Positions 10,403 through 20,651 of a stretch of 64,000 nt of DNA are shown in pieces. Each line of letters starts with the position of its first letter. Positions within the stretch are counted from its first letter, which is position 1. Under the pieces are notes generated by a model. That model had not been told where the DNA came from. It worked only from the letters and a program-made list of their open reading frames with translations, and made no database searches. Location: NCBI GenBank assembly GCA_014381465.1, contig JACNLP010000074.1:5855-69854 (forward strand). The letters are read 5' to 3'. The position numbers and the translations under genes are program-made. Source of the DNA: Flavobacteriales bacterium. GTDB taxonomy: Bacteria; Bacteroidota; Bacteroidia; Flavobacteriales; BACL11.

Positions 10403-11458
10403 AAATACAAACTCTCGCACTTTGTTTTTAACTTGCCAGAGATTAGAAAAGCTACAAAGCCAGCCAAAAATAGAGATGAATCAAAATTGATGGTTCTTCA
10501 CCGAGAAAGCGGAAAAATTGAACACAAAAAATTCAAAGATATTATTGATTATTTTGATAATGGAGATGTAATTGTTTTAAATAATACAAAAGTTTTTCCT
10601 GCACGGCTTTTTGGCAATAAAGAAAAAACTGGTGCCAGAATAGAGGTGTTTTTGCTCAGAGAACTAAATAAAGAAAGTAGGCTTTTTGATGTATTGGTTG
10701 ATCCAGCCCGGAAAATAAGAATAGGTAATAAACTCTATTTTGGAGAAGATGATGAGCTAATTGCTGAGGTAATTGACAACACAACATCAAGAGGGAGAAC
10801 CTTGCGATTTTTATTTGATGGGTCGTATGACGAATTTAAAGAAACTTTAACCAGACTAGGACAAACGCCACTCCCTAAACATATTAATAGGGAGCCAACT
10901 CAGGAAGATGATGAGCGATACCAAACCATTTATGCCAAACATAGTGGGGCGATTGCTGCACCAACTTCTGGTTTGCATTTTAGTCGAGAACTGATGAAGC
11001 GATTGGAGATAAAAGGTGTTGATTTTGCAGAGGTTACATTACATGTGGGTTTGGGTACTTTTAGAGATGTGGAAGTAGAAGACCTTTCCAAGCATAAAAT
11101 GGATTCGGAGGAAATACAAATTACAGATACGGCAGCAAATATCATTAATAAAGGGCTTGATAATGATAAGAGAATATGTGCAGTTGGAACTACTTCTGTA
11201 AGAACAATTGAAAGTTCAGTTACTACTCAAAATAGAGTTGTTCCTTTTGATGGTTGGACTAATAAATTTATTTTCCCTCCTTACGATTTTAGAATTCCAA
11301 CTTGTATACTAACTAATTTTCATTTGCCAAAATCTACTTTATTGATGCAAATTAGTGCTTTTGCGGGACATGATTTTATCTTTAAAGCATACAAAGAAGC
11401 AATTAAGAAAAAGTATAACTTTTATACTTATGGAGATGCAATGCTGATTTTACCATAA
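10403..11458 (+). CDS. queA: S-adenosylmethionine:tRNA ribosyltransferase-isomerase
   Basis: [12 protein letters not shown] and VGTTSVRT motifs. The ORF opens at 10343, but [14 protein letters not shown] at 10403 matches the usual QueA N-terminus. Confidence 0.93.
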   Translation, partial: KYKLSHFVFNLPEIRKATKPAKNRDESKLMVLHRESGKIEHKKFKDIIDYFDNGDVIVLNNTKVFPARLFGNKEKTGARIEVFLLRELNKESRLFDVLVDPARKIRIGNKLYFGEDDELIAEVIDNTTSRGRTLRFLFDGSYDEFKETLTRLGQTPLPKHINREPTQEDDERYQTIYAKHSGAIAAPTSGLHFSRELMKRLEIKGVDFAEVTLHVGLGTFRDVEVEDLSKHKMDSEEIQITDTAANIINKGLDNDKRICAVGTTSVRTIESSVTTQNRVVPFDGWTNKFIFPPYDFRIPTCILTNFHLPKSTLLMQISAFAGHDFIFKAYKEAIKKKYNFYTYGDAMLILP

Positions 11459-11459
11459 A

Positions 11460-12113
11460 GTGAAAAAAGTCGCTATTATTGTTGCAGGTGGAAGAGGGAT
11501 TAGAATGAATTCTGAAATCCCAAAACAATTTTTACTATTAAATGATTTGCCCATTTTAATGCATACCTTAAATTCTTTTTTGCATTTTGACAAAAGAATC
11601 TTGGTGCTTCCACAATCTCAAATTGATAATTGGAATGCACTTTGTACGCAATACAGTTTCAATACCAAACACACTATTGTTGCTGGTGGCATTAACCGTT
11701 TTGGCTCTGTTAAAAATGGCTTGAAAAAAGTGGAGGATGAAAGTATTGTTGCGATTCATGATGGGGTGCGACCACTTATTTCCAAAAATTTAATTGACAA
11801 ACTAATTGCTGCAACAAAAAAAGGAATTGGAGTTGTGCCGGTTGTGCCGGTAAAAGATTCTTTGCGTAAAATAGAGGGGAATAATTCCAAAGCAGTAAGT
11901 AGAAGTAATTTGTATAAAGTGCAAACACCTCAATGTTTTTTTACAAGCACAATAAAAGAGGCTTATAAGCAAAACTTTTCTCTTTTTTTCACAGATGATG
12001 CTTCTGTTTTAGAAAATAATGGCGGGAAAATAATTACAATACAAGGAGAAGAAAAAAACCTAAAAATTACTACTGAGGAAGATTTGAGGGTTGCTGAGGT
12101 TCTTATGCAATAA
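11460..12113 (+). CDS. ispD: 2-C-methyl-D-erythritol 4-phosphate cytidylyltransferase
   Basis: 217 aa. GTG start 2 nt after the queA stop. VAGGRGIRM nucleotide-binding loop and VAIHDGVRP motif. Confidence 0.92.
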   Translation: MKKVAIIVAGGRGIRMNSEIPKQFLLLNDLPILMHTLNSFLHFDKRILVLPQSQIDNWNALCTQYSFNTKHTIVAGGINRFGSVKNGLKKVEDESIVAIHDGVRPLISKNLIDKLIAATKKGIGVVPVVPVKDSLRKIEGNNSKAVSRSNLYKVQTPQCFFTSTIKEAYKQNFSLFFTDDASVLENNGGKIITIQGEEKNLKITTEEDLRVAEVLMQ

Positions 12114-13224
12114 CTTCTACTTTCTCAAGCGCTTGAATCAAATTCACCCCAGGAATTTTCCCTTTTTCAAAAGTTCCTAATTCTGAAAAACCAAGGGCTT
12201 CTGCCCCATTTTTAGATGCTATTTTAAGTAGTGTATTCATATCAAAATTGGAATTTTCTTGAATAATCAGTAGTTCCTCCAAAATAGAAAGAGAATCATT
12301 AGAGGCCAAACTATCGGTTCCTACACACAATTTTTCAGTATCAAAAATAGAATAATCCGGAAGTGTATTTTCAATATACAAATTGGCTTTTGGGCAAGTG
12401 CAATAATAATTATCTGTCACATCTTTCTTTTTTGTAAAAGTATTGTGCACTAACAACAAAGGCTTATTAATTTTAAAGTGTTCTAATACAGCTTTTGTAG
12501 AATTTTTATTTCGATTTTCCCAAATGGTTTTAGTTGCTCCTATTTTATTTAACCAATCGAACATTGCTCCACTTTGTGAAGTAAATAATTCATTTTCAGC
12601 TGCAATTTCTTGGTTATGAAAAGTGAATGTCTTATCGAATTTATCTGAAATTACTGAAATCTTGTCTAACAATTGAGGGACGCAACTATAAGGAGCATGT
12701 GGCACAACTGTTGCTTGTAATCCACACTTTCTAAATTGATTTCTTATTGCTAAATTGCTACTAATAGTCGATTCAACTTCTGTTTCATATACCCCAACAG
12801 CTTCAATAAAATTATAGTAGTGCAAATTGCCTTTTTGTTTTTGCAAAAGAGTGTCAACAGTATTACAAATATCTCCTACTGCAACAATGCCATTAGCAAT
12901 CATTTCTTGCTCTGCTTTTTCAATAGCTTCCAAAATTTCCTCTTTTGTAAAATCATTACGCTTATGGATAGATGAACTCACAAAATCAATAAACCCTTTT
13001 CCTTTTTCGGCTATACCTAAAAGGTGACTTAACTCCAAATGACAATGTGCATTCACAAAACCAGGGCAAAGCACCCCCTTAAATATTTCTAATTTTTCAG
13101 CAGAGACATCACTTCTGTTTTCAAAAATTCTTATAATTTCCCCCTTATTAGAAATTTGTAATACCCCTTCTTTTATCGGAGCTTTATACAATGGATATAA
13201 ATAATCGGCTGTTAAAAATCGCAT
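12103..13224 (-). CDS. Amidohydrolase-superfamily metal-dependent hydrolase (deaminase/chlorohydrolase-like)
   Basis: GFVNAHCHLELSHL HxH motif, with HAPYS and GTDSLASN downstream. The ORF extends to 13446, but that extension crosses the rlmN promoter and start. MRFLTADYLYP at 13224 is the plausible start. Confidence 0.85.
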   Translation of the reverse strand: MRFLTADYLYPLYKAPIKEGVLQISNKGEIIRIFENRSDVSAEKLEIFKGVLCPGFVNAHCHLELSHLLGIAEKGKGFIDFVSSSIHKRNDFTKEEILEAIEKAEQEMIANGIVAVGDICNTVDTLLQKQKGNLHYYNFIEAVGVYETEVESTISSNLAIRNQFRKCGLQATVVPHAPYSCVPQLLDKISVISDKFDKTFTFHNQEIAAENELFTSQSGAMFDWLNKIGATKTIWENRNKNSTKAVLEHFKINKPLLLVHNTFTKKKDVTDNYYCTCPKANLYIENTLPDYSIFDTEKLCVGTDSLASNDSLSILEELLIIQENSNFDMNTLLKIASKNGAEALGFSELGTFEKGKIPGVNLIQALEKVEVIA

Positions 13225-13239
13225 AGCACAAAAGTAATA

Positions 13240-13247
13240 TATCTTTG
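13240..13247 (+). promoter_or_regulatory. -7 box TATCTTTG upstream of rlmN
   Basis: TAnnTTTG match ending 9 nt before the ATG at 13256. This implies a very short leader. Confidence 0.45.
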
Positions 13248-13255
13248 CAAACGAA

Positions 13256-14296
13256 ATGAAAGAAAAAACAGACATCAGAAATATTAGTGTAGAAGACTTA
13301 CAAAAGTTCTGTGCAGAGCACAAATTACCCAAATTTAGGGTAGGGCAGGTGCAAGAGTGGTTGTGGAAAAAACGCGCTACTTCTTTTGATGAAATGACTT
13401 CATTATCAAAAACAATGCGTGATTTATTTTCTGAACATTTTTGCATTAATTCTGTAAAAATTCACAAGGGGGAAAGAAGTATAGATGGCACCATCAAATA
13501 CAGCTTACAACTATATGATAAACAATTGGTAGAGGGCGTTTTAATTCCGTCCAAAAAGAGAATAACGGTTTGCGTTTCTTCACAAGTTGGTTGTAGTTTG
13601 GATTGTGCTTTTTGTGCAACAGGAACACTCAAATTAGAGAGGAACTTATCGGCAGCTGAAATATACGATCAAGTTTTTATCCTCAATGAAGAGTCAATCT
13701 CTAACTTTGGTAAACCTCTATCCAATATTGTGTATATGGGAATGGGCGAACCACTCTTGAACTACAACAATGTGTTGGAAAGTATCCAACTTATCACCAC
13801 TGAAAAAGGAATGGGAATGTCGCCAAAAAGAATTACCGTATCCACAGCTGGGATTGCTAAAATGATAAAGAAATTGGCAGATGATAAGGTGAGGTTTAAC
13901 TTGGCTATTTCCCTCCATAGTGCAAATGATGAAAAAAGAAGTAAGCTAATGAGTTTAAATGAATCTGTTCCTTTGCAAGATCTCAGAGATGCTATTCGCT
14001 ATTTTTATGATGAAACTAATAGCAGAATTACTTATGAATACATACTGTTTAAAGGAGTGAATGATAGTGTGGATGATGCAAGAGTTTTAGCCAATTTTTG
14101 CAAAGTAAGTCCTTGTAAAATCAACCTTATTGAATACAATGTAGTGGATGATTTCTCTTATGAAAAATCAACTAATAAAGTCACTGAAAACTTTATCGCT
14201 TATCTGGAAGAAAAGAACCTCATTGTCAATTTGAGAAAAAGCAAAGGCAAGGATATTAATGCTGCTTGTGGGCAATTAGTAAACAAACTCAAATAA
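13256..14296 (+). CDS. rlmN: 23S rRNA/tRNA (adenine-C2)-methyltransferase, radical SAM
   Basis: 346 aa. GCSLDCAFCATG radical-SAM CxxxCxxC motif and a C-terminal DINAACGQL catalytic Cys. Confidence 0.96.
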   Translation: MKEKTDIRNISVEDLQKFCAEHKLPKFRVGQVQEWLWKKRATSFDEMTSLSKTMRDLFSEHFCINSVKIHKGERSIDGTIKYSLQLYDKQLVEGVLIPSKKRITVCVSSQVGCSLDCAFCATGTLKLERNLSAAEIYDQVFILNEESISNFGKPLSNIVYMGMGEPLLNYNNVLESIQLITTEKGMGMSPKRITVSTAGIAKMIKKLADDKVRFNLAISLHSANDEKRSKLMSLNESVPLQDLRDAIRYFYDETNSRITYEYILFKGVNDSVDDARVLANFCKVSPCKINLIEYNVVDDFSYEKSTNKVTENFIAYLEEKNLIVNLRKSKGKDINAACGQLVNKLK

Positions 14297-14371
14297 CTTT
14301 TTAACAAGCTAATTTTTTAACACGATTAGCACAAACTTCTTTGTATATTCGCTCTCTATCTTTTTAGAAAT

Positions 14372-15346
14372 TTGAGTGCCATAAACGAAATAAAATCTCC
14401 TATTAAAGAGGAAATGCTACTTTTTGAAAAAAAGTTTAAGGCATCTCTTTCCAGCAAAGTGCCTTTGCTAGATAAAATAATGCATTATATTATTAAGCGA
14501 AAAGGGAAGCAAATGCGTCCTATGTTTGTTTTTCTATCAGCAAAGCTTTGTGGAAAAGTTACAGAAAGCACCTATATTTCCGCCTCCTTAATTGAGCTTT
14601 TGCATACGGCAACTCTGGTGCATGATGATGTGGTAGATGAGGCTAATTTCAGAAGGGGATTCTTCTCCATCAATGCGCTTTGGAAAAATAAAATAGCCGT
14701 TTTGGTTGGGGATTTTTTACTTAGTAGAGGTCTGCTTTTAGCCGTTAAGCATGAGGAATTTGAACTCTTGAAAATAATGAGTACTGCCGTTCAGGACATG
14801 AGTGAAGGGGAGCTTTTACAAATTGAAAAAGCGAGAAAATTAGATATTGAGGAATCCGTTTATTTTGAAATTATACGACAAAAAACAGCCACTTTAATTG
14901 CAGCTTGTTGTGCTTGTGGAGCAAGCTCGGCTACTGAGAATAAAGACACTGTAAAACAAATGCATCTTTTTGGGGAAATGGCTGGCATTGCCTTTCAAAT
15001 AAAAGATGATTTGTTTGACTATTCGCACAACCCAATAATTGGCAAGCCAACTGGGATTGATATTAGGGAACAAAAAATGACTCTGCCACTTATTTACACT
15101 TTAAGTATTAGTGATAAAGCGCAGAAGAAAATGATAATTAACACCATAAAAAACCATAATACCAACAGTAAAAAAGTGGCGGATTTAATTAAGTTGGTAA
15201 AAGAAAGTGGCGGATTGGAGTATGCTACAAAAAAGATGAATGAATACCACAAAAGAGCATTAGATATTTTAAAAGAATTTGAAGAAAATGATGCAAAAGT
15301 ATCTCTTAAAAAAATGATTGATTTTGTAATTGAAAGAAAGCAATGA
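14372..15346 (+). CDS. ispB: Polyprenyl (octaprenyl-type) diphosphate synthase
   Basis: 324 aa with a TTG start. LVHDDVVDE and FQIKDDLFD aspartate-rich motifs. Confidence 0.9.
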   Translation: MSAINEIKSPIKEEMLLFEKKFKASLSSKVPLLDKIMHYIIKRKGKQMRPMFVFLSAKLCGKVTESTYISASLIELLHTATLVHDDVVDEANFRRGFFSINALWKNKIAVLVGDFLLSRGLLLAVKHEEFELLKIMSTAVQDMSEGELLQIEKARKLDIEESVYFEIIRQKTATLIAACCACGASSATENKDTVKQMHLFGEMAGIAFQIKDDLFDYSHNPIIGKPTGIDIREQKMTLPLIYTLSISDKAQKKMIINTIKNHNTNSKKVADLIKLVKESGGLEYATKKMNEYHKRALDILKEFEENDAKVSLKKMIDFVIERKQ

Positions 15347-17229
15347 TTCCAAAAGAAACGATAGATAAAATATTTGAAGCTGCCAGAATAGAAGAAGTAG
15401 TTGGTGGCTTTGTGCAACTAAAAAAAAGAGGGGCTAATTTTATTGGTCATTGCCCTTTTCATGATGAAAAGACCCCCTCATTTACCGTCTCGGCAACTAA
15501 GGGGATTTACAAATGTTTTGGCTGTGGGAAAGGAGGAAATAGCGTAAGTTTTGTAATGGAGCATGAGCATTATTCTTATCCTGAAGCATTGAAATATGTA
15601 GCAGAAAAATATGGCATTGAAATAGTAGAAAAAAAAATGACTCCCGAGCAAAGCGTAAGAGCAAATGATAGGGATAGCTTGTATGTAATTTCCTCTTTTG
15701 CCAATAAGTTTTTTCAGCAGCAGTTGTGGGAAACTAAGGAGGGAAAAGCCATAGGGCTGAGCTATTATAAGGAGAGGGGTTATGATGAAGAAACCATCAA
15801 AAAATTTCAGTTGGGTTATAGCCCAAAACAAAAAGATGCCCTTAGTAAAGAGGCAATAAAATCCTCATTTCAGCAAAAATATTTGGAAGATTCAGGCTTG
15901 TCTATTATTAAAAATGAATCCGCTTTGGACAGGTTCAGAGAAAGAATGATGTTCCCTATTCATAGCTTTTCTGGAAGGGTTTTGGGCTTTGGCGGGCGAA
16001 CTTTACAAAAAGACAATAAGGCCAAATATGTTAACTCGCCTGAAAGTTTAATTTATTTAAAAAGTAAAATTTTATATGGTATTTACTTTGCCAAACAACA
16101 CATCAGTAAATTAAATAACTGCTACATTGTGGAAGGCTATACTGATGTTATTTCATTGCATCAAGCGGGAATTGAAAATGTGGTTTCATCATCAGGCACA
16201 TCCCTCACATCCGAACAAATAAAATTGATTAATCGTTTTACAAAAAATATTACCATTCTTTTTGATGGAGATGCCGCTGGCTTGAAAGCATCTTTTAGAA
16301 GCATTGATATGATTCTATCGGAAGGGATGAATGTAAAAGTAGTTTTATTCCCTGATGGAGAAGACCCGGATTCCTTTGCTCACAAATGTAGTCAGGAAGA
16401 ATTAAAAAACTTTTTGGATGAAAACAGCAAAGATTTCATCACTTTCAAAACAAATGTTTTAAGTAAAAACACTAAAGATGACCCTGCAAAAAGAGTGGAA
16501 ATGATAAAAGAAATTGCTTCTTCCATCTCGCAAATTCCTGATGATATAAGCCGTTCAGAATACATAAAAGTATGCAGTAGAATGCTAAAGTTAAAAGAAT
16601 TGGATTTGGCAAAGGAGGTAAGCACTCAAAAAAATAAAAGAACGAGCCCTTTTCCTGCAAAAAAAGTGGAGGGGAACATAGATAATGAAAAAAATGAATC
16701 CACTAAAAAAGAGGCAAAAGAAGAAAAAGAAATAGTTCGCCTTTTACTTAATTATGGAAACAAAACTTTACACTTTGGAGAGGAAACAATAAGCATTGCA
16801 TCTTTTATTCTTACTGAATTAAAGTCTGATAAAATGATTTTTGAAACCAAGGCGTACCAAATGATGCTAGATGAAATTTCTGATCTTTTGGAAAAAGAAG
16901 GAAAAGTAAAATTAGAATATTTTACACTTCATTTTAATCCTTCAATTAGTAGATTAACAATTGATTTAATTACTAATGAACATAATATGAGTGAAAATTG
17001 GGATAAGCGACACAAAATTCTTACTGGAACAGAAGAAACTAAAATGCGAAAAGCGGTGGAAAGTTCTCTGTATAATTTAAAACTAAAACATTTGGATGTT
17101 AAATTAGGGAATATTCAATTGCAATTAAAAGAAAACCCAGAAGATGTGGGGCGTATTACAAAAACCTATGCTAAATATTTACAAAAAAGAAAACAAATTG
17201 CTGAAAAATTGGGAAGAACCATGTGCTAA
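15343..17229 (+). CDS. dnaG: DNA primase
   Basis: 628 aa. Zinc ribbon CPFHDEKTPSF...CFGCGKGG and TOPRIM motifs EGYTDV and DGDAAG. ATGA overlap with ispB. Confidence 0.97.
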   Translation: MIPKETIDKIFEAARIEEVVGGFVQLKKRGANFIGHCPFHDEKTPSFTVSATKGIYKCFGCGKGGNSVSFVMEHEHYSYPEALKYVAEKYGIEIVEKKMTPEQSVRANDRDSLYVISSFANKFFQQQLWETKEGKAIGLSYYKERGYDEETIKKFQLGYSPKQKDALSKEAIKSSFQQKYLEDSGLSIIKNESALDRFRERMMFPIHSFSGRVLGFGGRTLQKDNKAKYVNSPESLIYLKSKILYGIYFAKQHISKLNNCYIVEGYTDVISLHQAGIENVVSSSGTSLTSEQIKLINRFTKNITILFDGDAAGLKASFRSIDMILSEGMNVKVVLFPDGEDPDSFAHKCSQEELKNFLDENSKDFITFKTNVLSKNTKDDPAKRVEMIKEIASSISQIPDDISRSEYIKVCSRMLKLKELDLAKEVSTQKNKRTSPFPAKKVEGNIDNEKNESTKKEAKEEKEIVRLLLNYGNKTLHFGEETISIASFILTELKSDKMIFETKAYQMMLDEISDLLEKEGKVKLEYFTLHFNPSISRLTIDLITNEHNMSENWDKRHKILTGTEETKMRKAVESSLYNLKLKHLDVKLGNIQLQLKENPEDVGRITKTYAKYLQKRKQIAEKLGRTMC

Positions 17230-18923
17230 TCACTTTTTATATCCCTTAATTTTAACTGCAAGTTCTTTCTGCCATTCCAATGGTTTTCATCAATAGAATA
17301 ACAAATATCAAAGATTTGCTCATCTTTGGTTTTTTCAAAATGATGTGCTAAACCAAAACCAATACTACTTATTGAATTTCTGATATTTTCATTTGTAATA
17401 TTTAGGCGTAAATGCGATTTATCCTCTCCAACTACTCCGCCATAACCACTATCTTTCACAGCTTTTGTAGTAAAAATTGGTGTGCGATTTTGTGGTCCAA
17501 AAGGCGCAAATTGTTGGATAATTCTAAAAAATTTATTATCAATATCATGCAAATCGAGCTCCATATCAATTGATACTTCTGGGGTTAGTTGCTCCTTTGT
17601 AATAGTATTAGACACAGCCACTTCAAAAGCCTCTATAAAATTTTGCAGATTTTCCTTTTTTAAAGTAAGGCCAGCAGCATACATATGTCCTCCGAATTTT
17701 TCTAAATATTTTTCGCAACTCAAAATGGCATTATACAAATCAAACCCCTTAACTGAACGAGCAGAACCAGTGAGCAACCCATCTTTTTCTGCCAATACAA
17801 CCGTTGGTTTATAATAAGTTTCGATAAGGCGAGAAGCCGCAATACCAACAACTCCTTTATGCCAATCTTGGCTATATACCACAGTTGATTTTTTACTATC
17901 ATCAATCATGGAGAGTGCCTGTTTTGTAATATCTTGATCAAGCCCTCTCCTTGTTTTATTCAACACCTCTATTTCCTGCGCCAATTTTGCCGCTTTAAAA
18001 GAATCAGTTTCTATTAATAATGCGACTGCTTTTTTGCCTTGTTCAATTCTGCCAGCAGCATTGATGCGTGGGGCAATACCAAAAACAATATCTGAAATTG
18101 TCCATTTTCCCTTTCTATTTGCCACATCCATTAATGCCTTTAAGCCTACTCTTGGGGTTTCATTTATTTGTGCTAATCCGAAAAAGGACAATGCTCTGTT
18201 TTCATCAATCATTGGAACAATATCAGCAGCAATACTTACCACTAATAAATCAAAAAGAGGCTTGATATTTTCAAATTCAATTTGATTTTTTTCACTAAAA
18301 CCCTGAATTAATTTGAAGCCAACACCACATCCTGAAAGTTCCTTAAAAGGATAGTCACAATCTTTTTGTTTAGGATTTAAAATAGCAACTGCATTTGGTA
18401 TTTCTTCTGCTGGATTATGATGATCACAAATAATAAACTCTACCCCTTTTTCATTGGCGTATTCCACTTGATTTACGGCTCTTATTCCACAATCCAAAGC
18501 AATAATTAAAGAAAAATTATTCTCTTTTGCGTAATCAATTCCTTGCAGTGAAATGCCGTAACCTTCTTTGTATCTGCAAGGAATATAATAGTCAATGTTT
18601 TCAGTAAGAGTTGAGAGGAAGGTATAAAGCATTGCCACAGAAGTAGTGCCATCCACATCATAATCGCCATAAACTAAAATCTTCTCATTATTTGCAATCG
18701 CAATCTGAATTCTATCCACTGCTTTTTGCATGTCCTTCATCAAAAAAGGATTGTGTAATTGCGAAAAATCTGGTCGGAAAAACTGCTTTGCCTCATCAAA
18801 AGTAGTAACTCCCCTTAAAACTAAAAGGTGTGCAATAGACCTGCTAACGCCCAAGCTGTCAGCTAAATCATTTACGGTTTTATTATCCGTTTCTTTTATT
18901 TTCCAATTTTTCGCCATTAGCAT
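17226..18923 (-). CDS. recJ: Single-stranded-DNA-specific exonuclease RecJ
   Basis: 565 aa. DHH-family motifs GDYDVDGTTS, ALDCG and ICDHHNP. An alternative ATG exists at 18917. Confidence 0.96.
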   Translation of the reverse strand: MLMAKNWKIKETDNKTVNDLADSLGVSRSIAHLLVLRGVTTFDEAKQFFRPDFSQLHNPFLMKDMQKAVDRIQIAIANNEKILVYGDYDVDGTTSVAMLYTFLSTLTENIDYYIPCRYKEGYGISLQGIDYAKENNFSLIIALDCGIRAVNQVEYANEKGVEFIICDHHNPAEEIPNAVAILNPKQKDCDYPFKELSGCGVGFKLIQGFSEKNQIEFENIKPLFDLLVVSIAADIVPMIDENRALSFFGLAQINETPRVGLKALMDVANRKGKWTISDIVFGIAPRINAAGRIEQGKKAVALLIETDSFKAAKLAQEIEVLNKTRRGLDQDITKQALSMIDDSKKSTVVYSQDWHKGVVGIAASRLIETYYKPTVVLAEKDGLLTGSARSVKGFDLYNAILSCEKYLEKFGGHMYAAGLTLKKENLQNFIEAFEVAVSNTITKEQLTPEVSIDMELDLHDIDNKFFRIIQQFAPFGPQNRTPIFTTKAVKDSGYGGVVGEDKSHLRLNITNENIRNSISSIGFGLAHHFEKTKDEQIFDICYSIDENHWNGRKNLQLKLRDIKSD

Positions 18924-19974
18924 TTCGCATTATTTTTGTTTGTGTAAGAATTGAATATTTATGAACAAGCTCAAAAAATTCCGCAATCATTTTTTCATTC
19001 ATTCCAAAATCAACAGCATCTTTTTTTCTAAATTTTAGAATTTCAAACCATCTTTCAATTTGGAAAATAGTGATTTTATTTTGCCGTTTAAAAAAGGCAA
19101 TTTCTTCTACTATCTTTTTTCTGTCCGACAAAATATTTACGATTTTCCTATCTAAAATATCAATTTTTTCTCTGAACTCTTTTAGTTTAATCTTTAAAAA
19201 GTCATCATCTGTTTTTGTTTTTCTAAGCACCAAATCGTCCATTATTTGATGTAACTTTTTTGGTGTGATTTGTTGCTTAGCATCACTCCATGCATTTTTA
19301 GGATTTTGATGTGTTTCTATCATTAGCCCATTCAAATTTAAATCCATGGCGGTTTGTGAAATTTCTGCTATCATCTCTCTATCACCAGCAATATGGCTTG
19401 GGTCACAAATAATAGGAATCTGAGGTAATAGCTCTCTTAGTTTTATTGGCATTTCCCATTTAGGATCATTTCTAAAAGCAGAATCTTCATAAGAGAAAAA
19501 CCCTCTGTGAATGGCTGCTAATTGCTTGATTCCTGCTTTATTTAATCGCTCCAAAGCGCCTAACCATAAGCCCAATTCTGGATGGATGGGATTTTTTACA
19601 AAAACTGGAATGTCTACTCCCTTTAAGGCTTCTGCAATTTCTTGCACATAGAAAGGATTTACGGTCGTTCTGGCACCAATCCACAGCATATCAATTTCAG
19701 CTTTTAAGCATTTTTCTACATGCTGTGGGGTAGCAATTTCAGTAAGTACTTTTAGCCCTGTTTCCTTTTTCACTTTTTGAAGCCATTGTAACCCTTTTTC
19801 TCCTACTCCTTCAAAGGAATTCGGCTTTGTTCTTGGCTTCCAAATTCCAGCTCTGAAAACATCCGTAATCTCTTTTATTAAATGAGCTGTTTCTAAAAGT
19901 TGCTGCTCCGATTCTGCACTGCAAGGTCCAGCAATAAGGTAGGGCTTTTTATGGATAAATTTATCTATTTTCAT
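18883..19974 (-). CDS. Bifunctional 3-deoxy-7-phosphoheptulonate synthase (type I-beta) / chorismate mutase
   Basis: 363 aa. KdsA-like DAHP synthase core (LIAGPCSAES, ICDPSH) followed by a C-terminal chorismate-mutase helical region (IDILDRKIVNILSDRKKIVEEIAFFK). Confidence 0.9.
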   Translation of the reverse strand: MKIDKFIHKKPYLIAGPCSAESEQQLLETAHLIKEITDVFRAGIWKPRTKPNSFEGVGEKGLQWLQKVKKETGLKVLTEIATPQHVEKCLKAEIDMLWIGARTTVNPFYVQEIAEALKGVDIPVFVKNPIHPELGLWLGALERLNKAGIKQLAAIHRGFFSYEDSAFRNDPKWEMPIKLRELLPQIPIICDPSHIAGDREMIAEISQTAMDLNLNGLMIETHQNPKNAWSDAKQQITPKKLHQIMDDLVLRKTKTDDDFLKIKLKEFREKIDILDRKIVNILSDRKKIVEEIAFFKRQNKITIFQIERWFEILKFRKKDAVDFGMNEKMIAEFFELVHKYSILTQTKIMRNANGEKLENKRNG

Positions 19975-20642
19975 TTCTTTCCCTCCACTATAATTACAAA
20001 TTCTCCTTTTGGTTTTCTCTCTTGAAAATAAGCCAGAACTTCTTTTATTTTTCCTCTTTTAGTTTCTTCAAACAGCTTACTTATTTCTCTGGAAACAGAA
20101 ACTAATCTTTCTTCCCCAAAATAGTTGCAAAACTGTGTTAGTGTTTTTAAAATGCGGTGAGGAGATTCATAAAATACCATTGTTCTATTTTCCTGAGATA
20201 ATAACTCTAATCTCGTTTGTCTTCCCTTTTTTACTGGCAAGAAGCCTTCAAAAACAAACTTCTCACATGGCAAGCCTGAATTTATAAGAGCTGGAACAAA
20301 GGCAGTAGCCCCTGGCAAACATTCCACTTCTATTTCTTGCTTTACACATTCTCGAACCAATAAAAAACCTGGATCAGAAATTCCGGGTGTTCCGGCATCA
20401 GAAATCAAGGCGATACACTCTCCTGCTTCTAATCTTTCTATCCATTTTTTCAAGGTTTTATGTTCGTTATGCTGATGAAAAGAAAAGATTGGGGTTTCCA
20501 CTTTAAAATGGTTTAATAATTTTTTGCTTGTTCTGGTATCCTCAGCCAAAATAATTTCCACCTCTTTTAAAATTCGTATTGCTCTTAAAGTCATGTCCTC
20601 TAAGTTGCCAATTGGAGTAGGTATAATATATAGTTTTGACAT
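19971..20642 (-). CDS. rsmI: 16S rRNA (cytidine1402-2'-O)-methyltransferase
   Basis: 223 aa. LYIIPTPIGNLEDMTLRA N-terminus and DAGTPGISDPG motif. Confidence 0.95.
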   Translation of the reverse strand: MSKLYIIPTPIGNLEDMTLRAIRILKEVEIILAEDTRTSKKLLNHFKVETPIFSFHQHNEHKTLKKWIERLEAGECIALISDAGTPGISDPGFLLVRECVKQEIEVECLPGATAFVPALINSGLPCEKFVFEGFLPVKKGRQTRLELLSQENRTMVFYESPHRILKTLTQFCNYFGEERLVSVSREISKLFEETKRGKIKEVLAYFQERKPKGEFVIIVEGKK

Positions 20643-20651
20643 ATTACAAAA

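Noticed and set aside
13225-13446. N-terminal extensions of longest-ORF calls (12103-13446, 10343, 31371, 37913, 39556, 49330, 61452, 61465, 53121, 31403)
   Set aside because: The extensions run through neighbouring genes or through TAnnTTTG promoter boxes, and they lack similarity to family N-termini. Internal ATGs give canonical N-termini or signal peptides.
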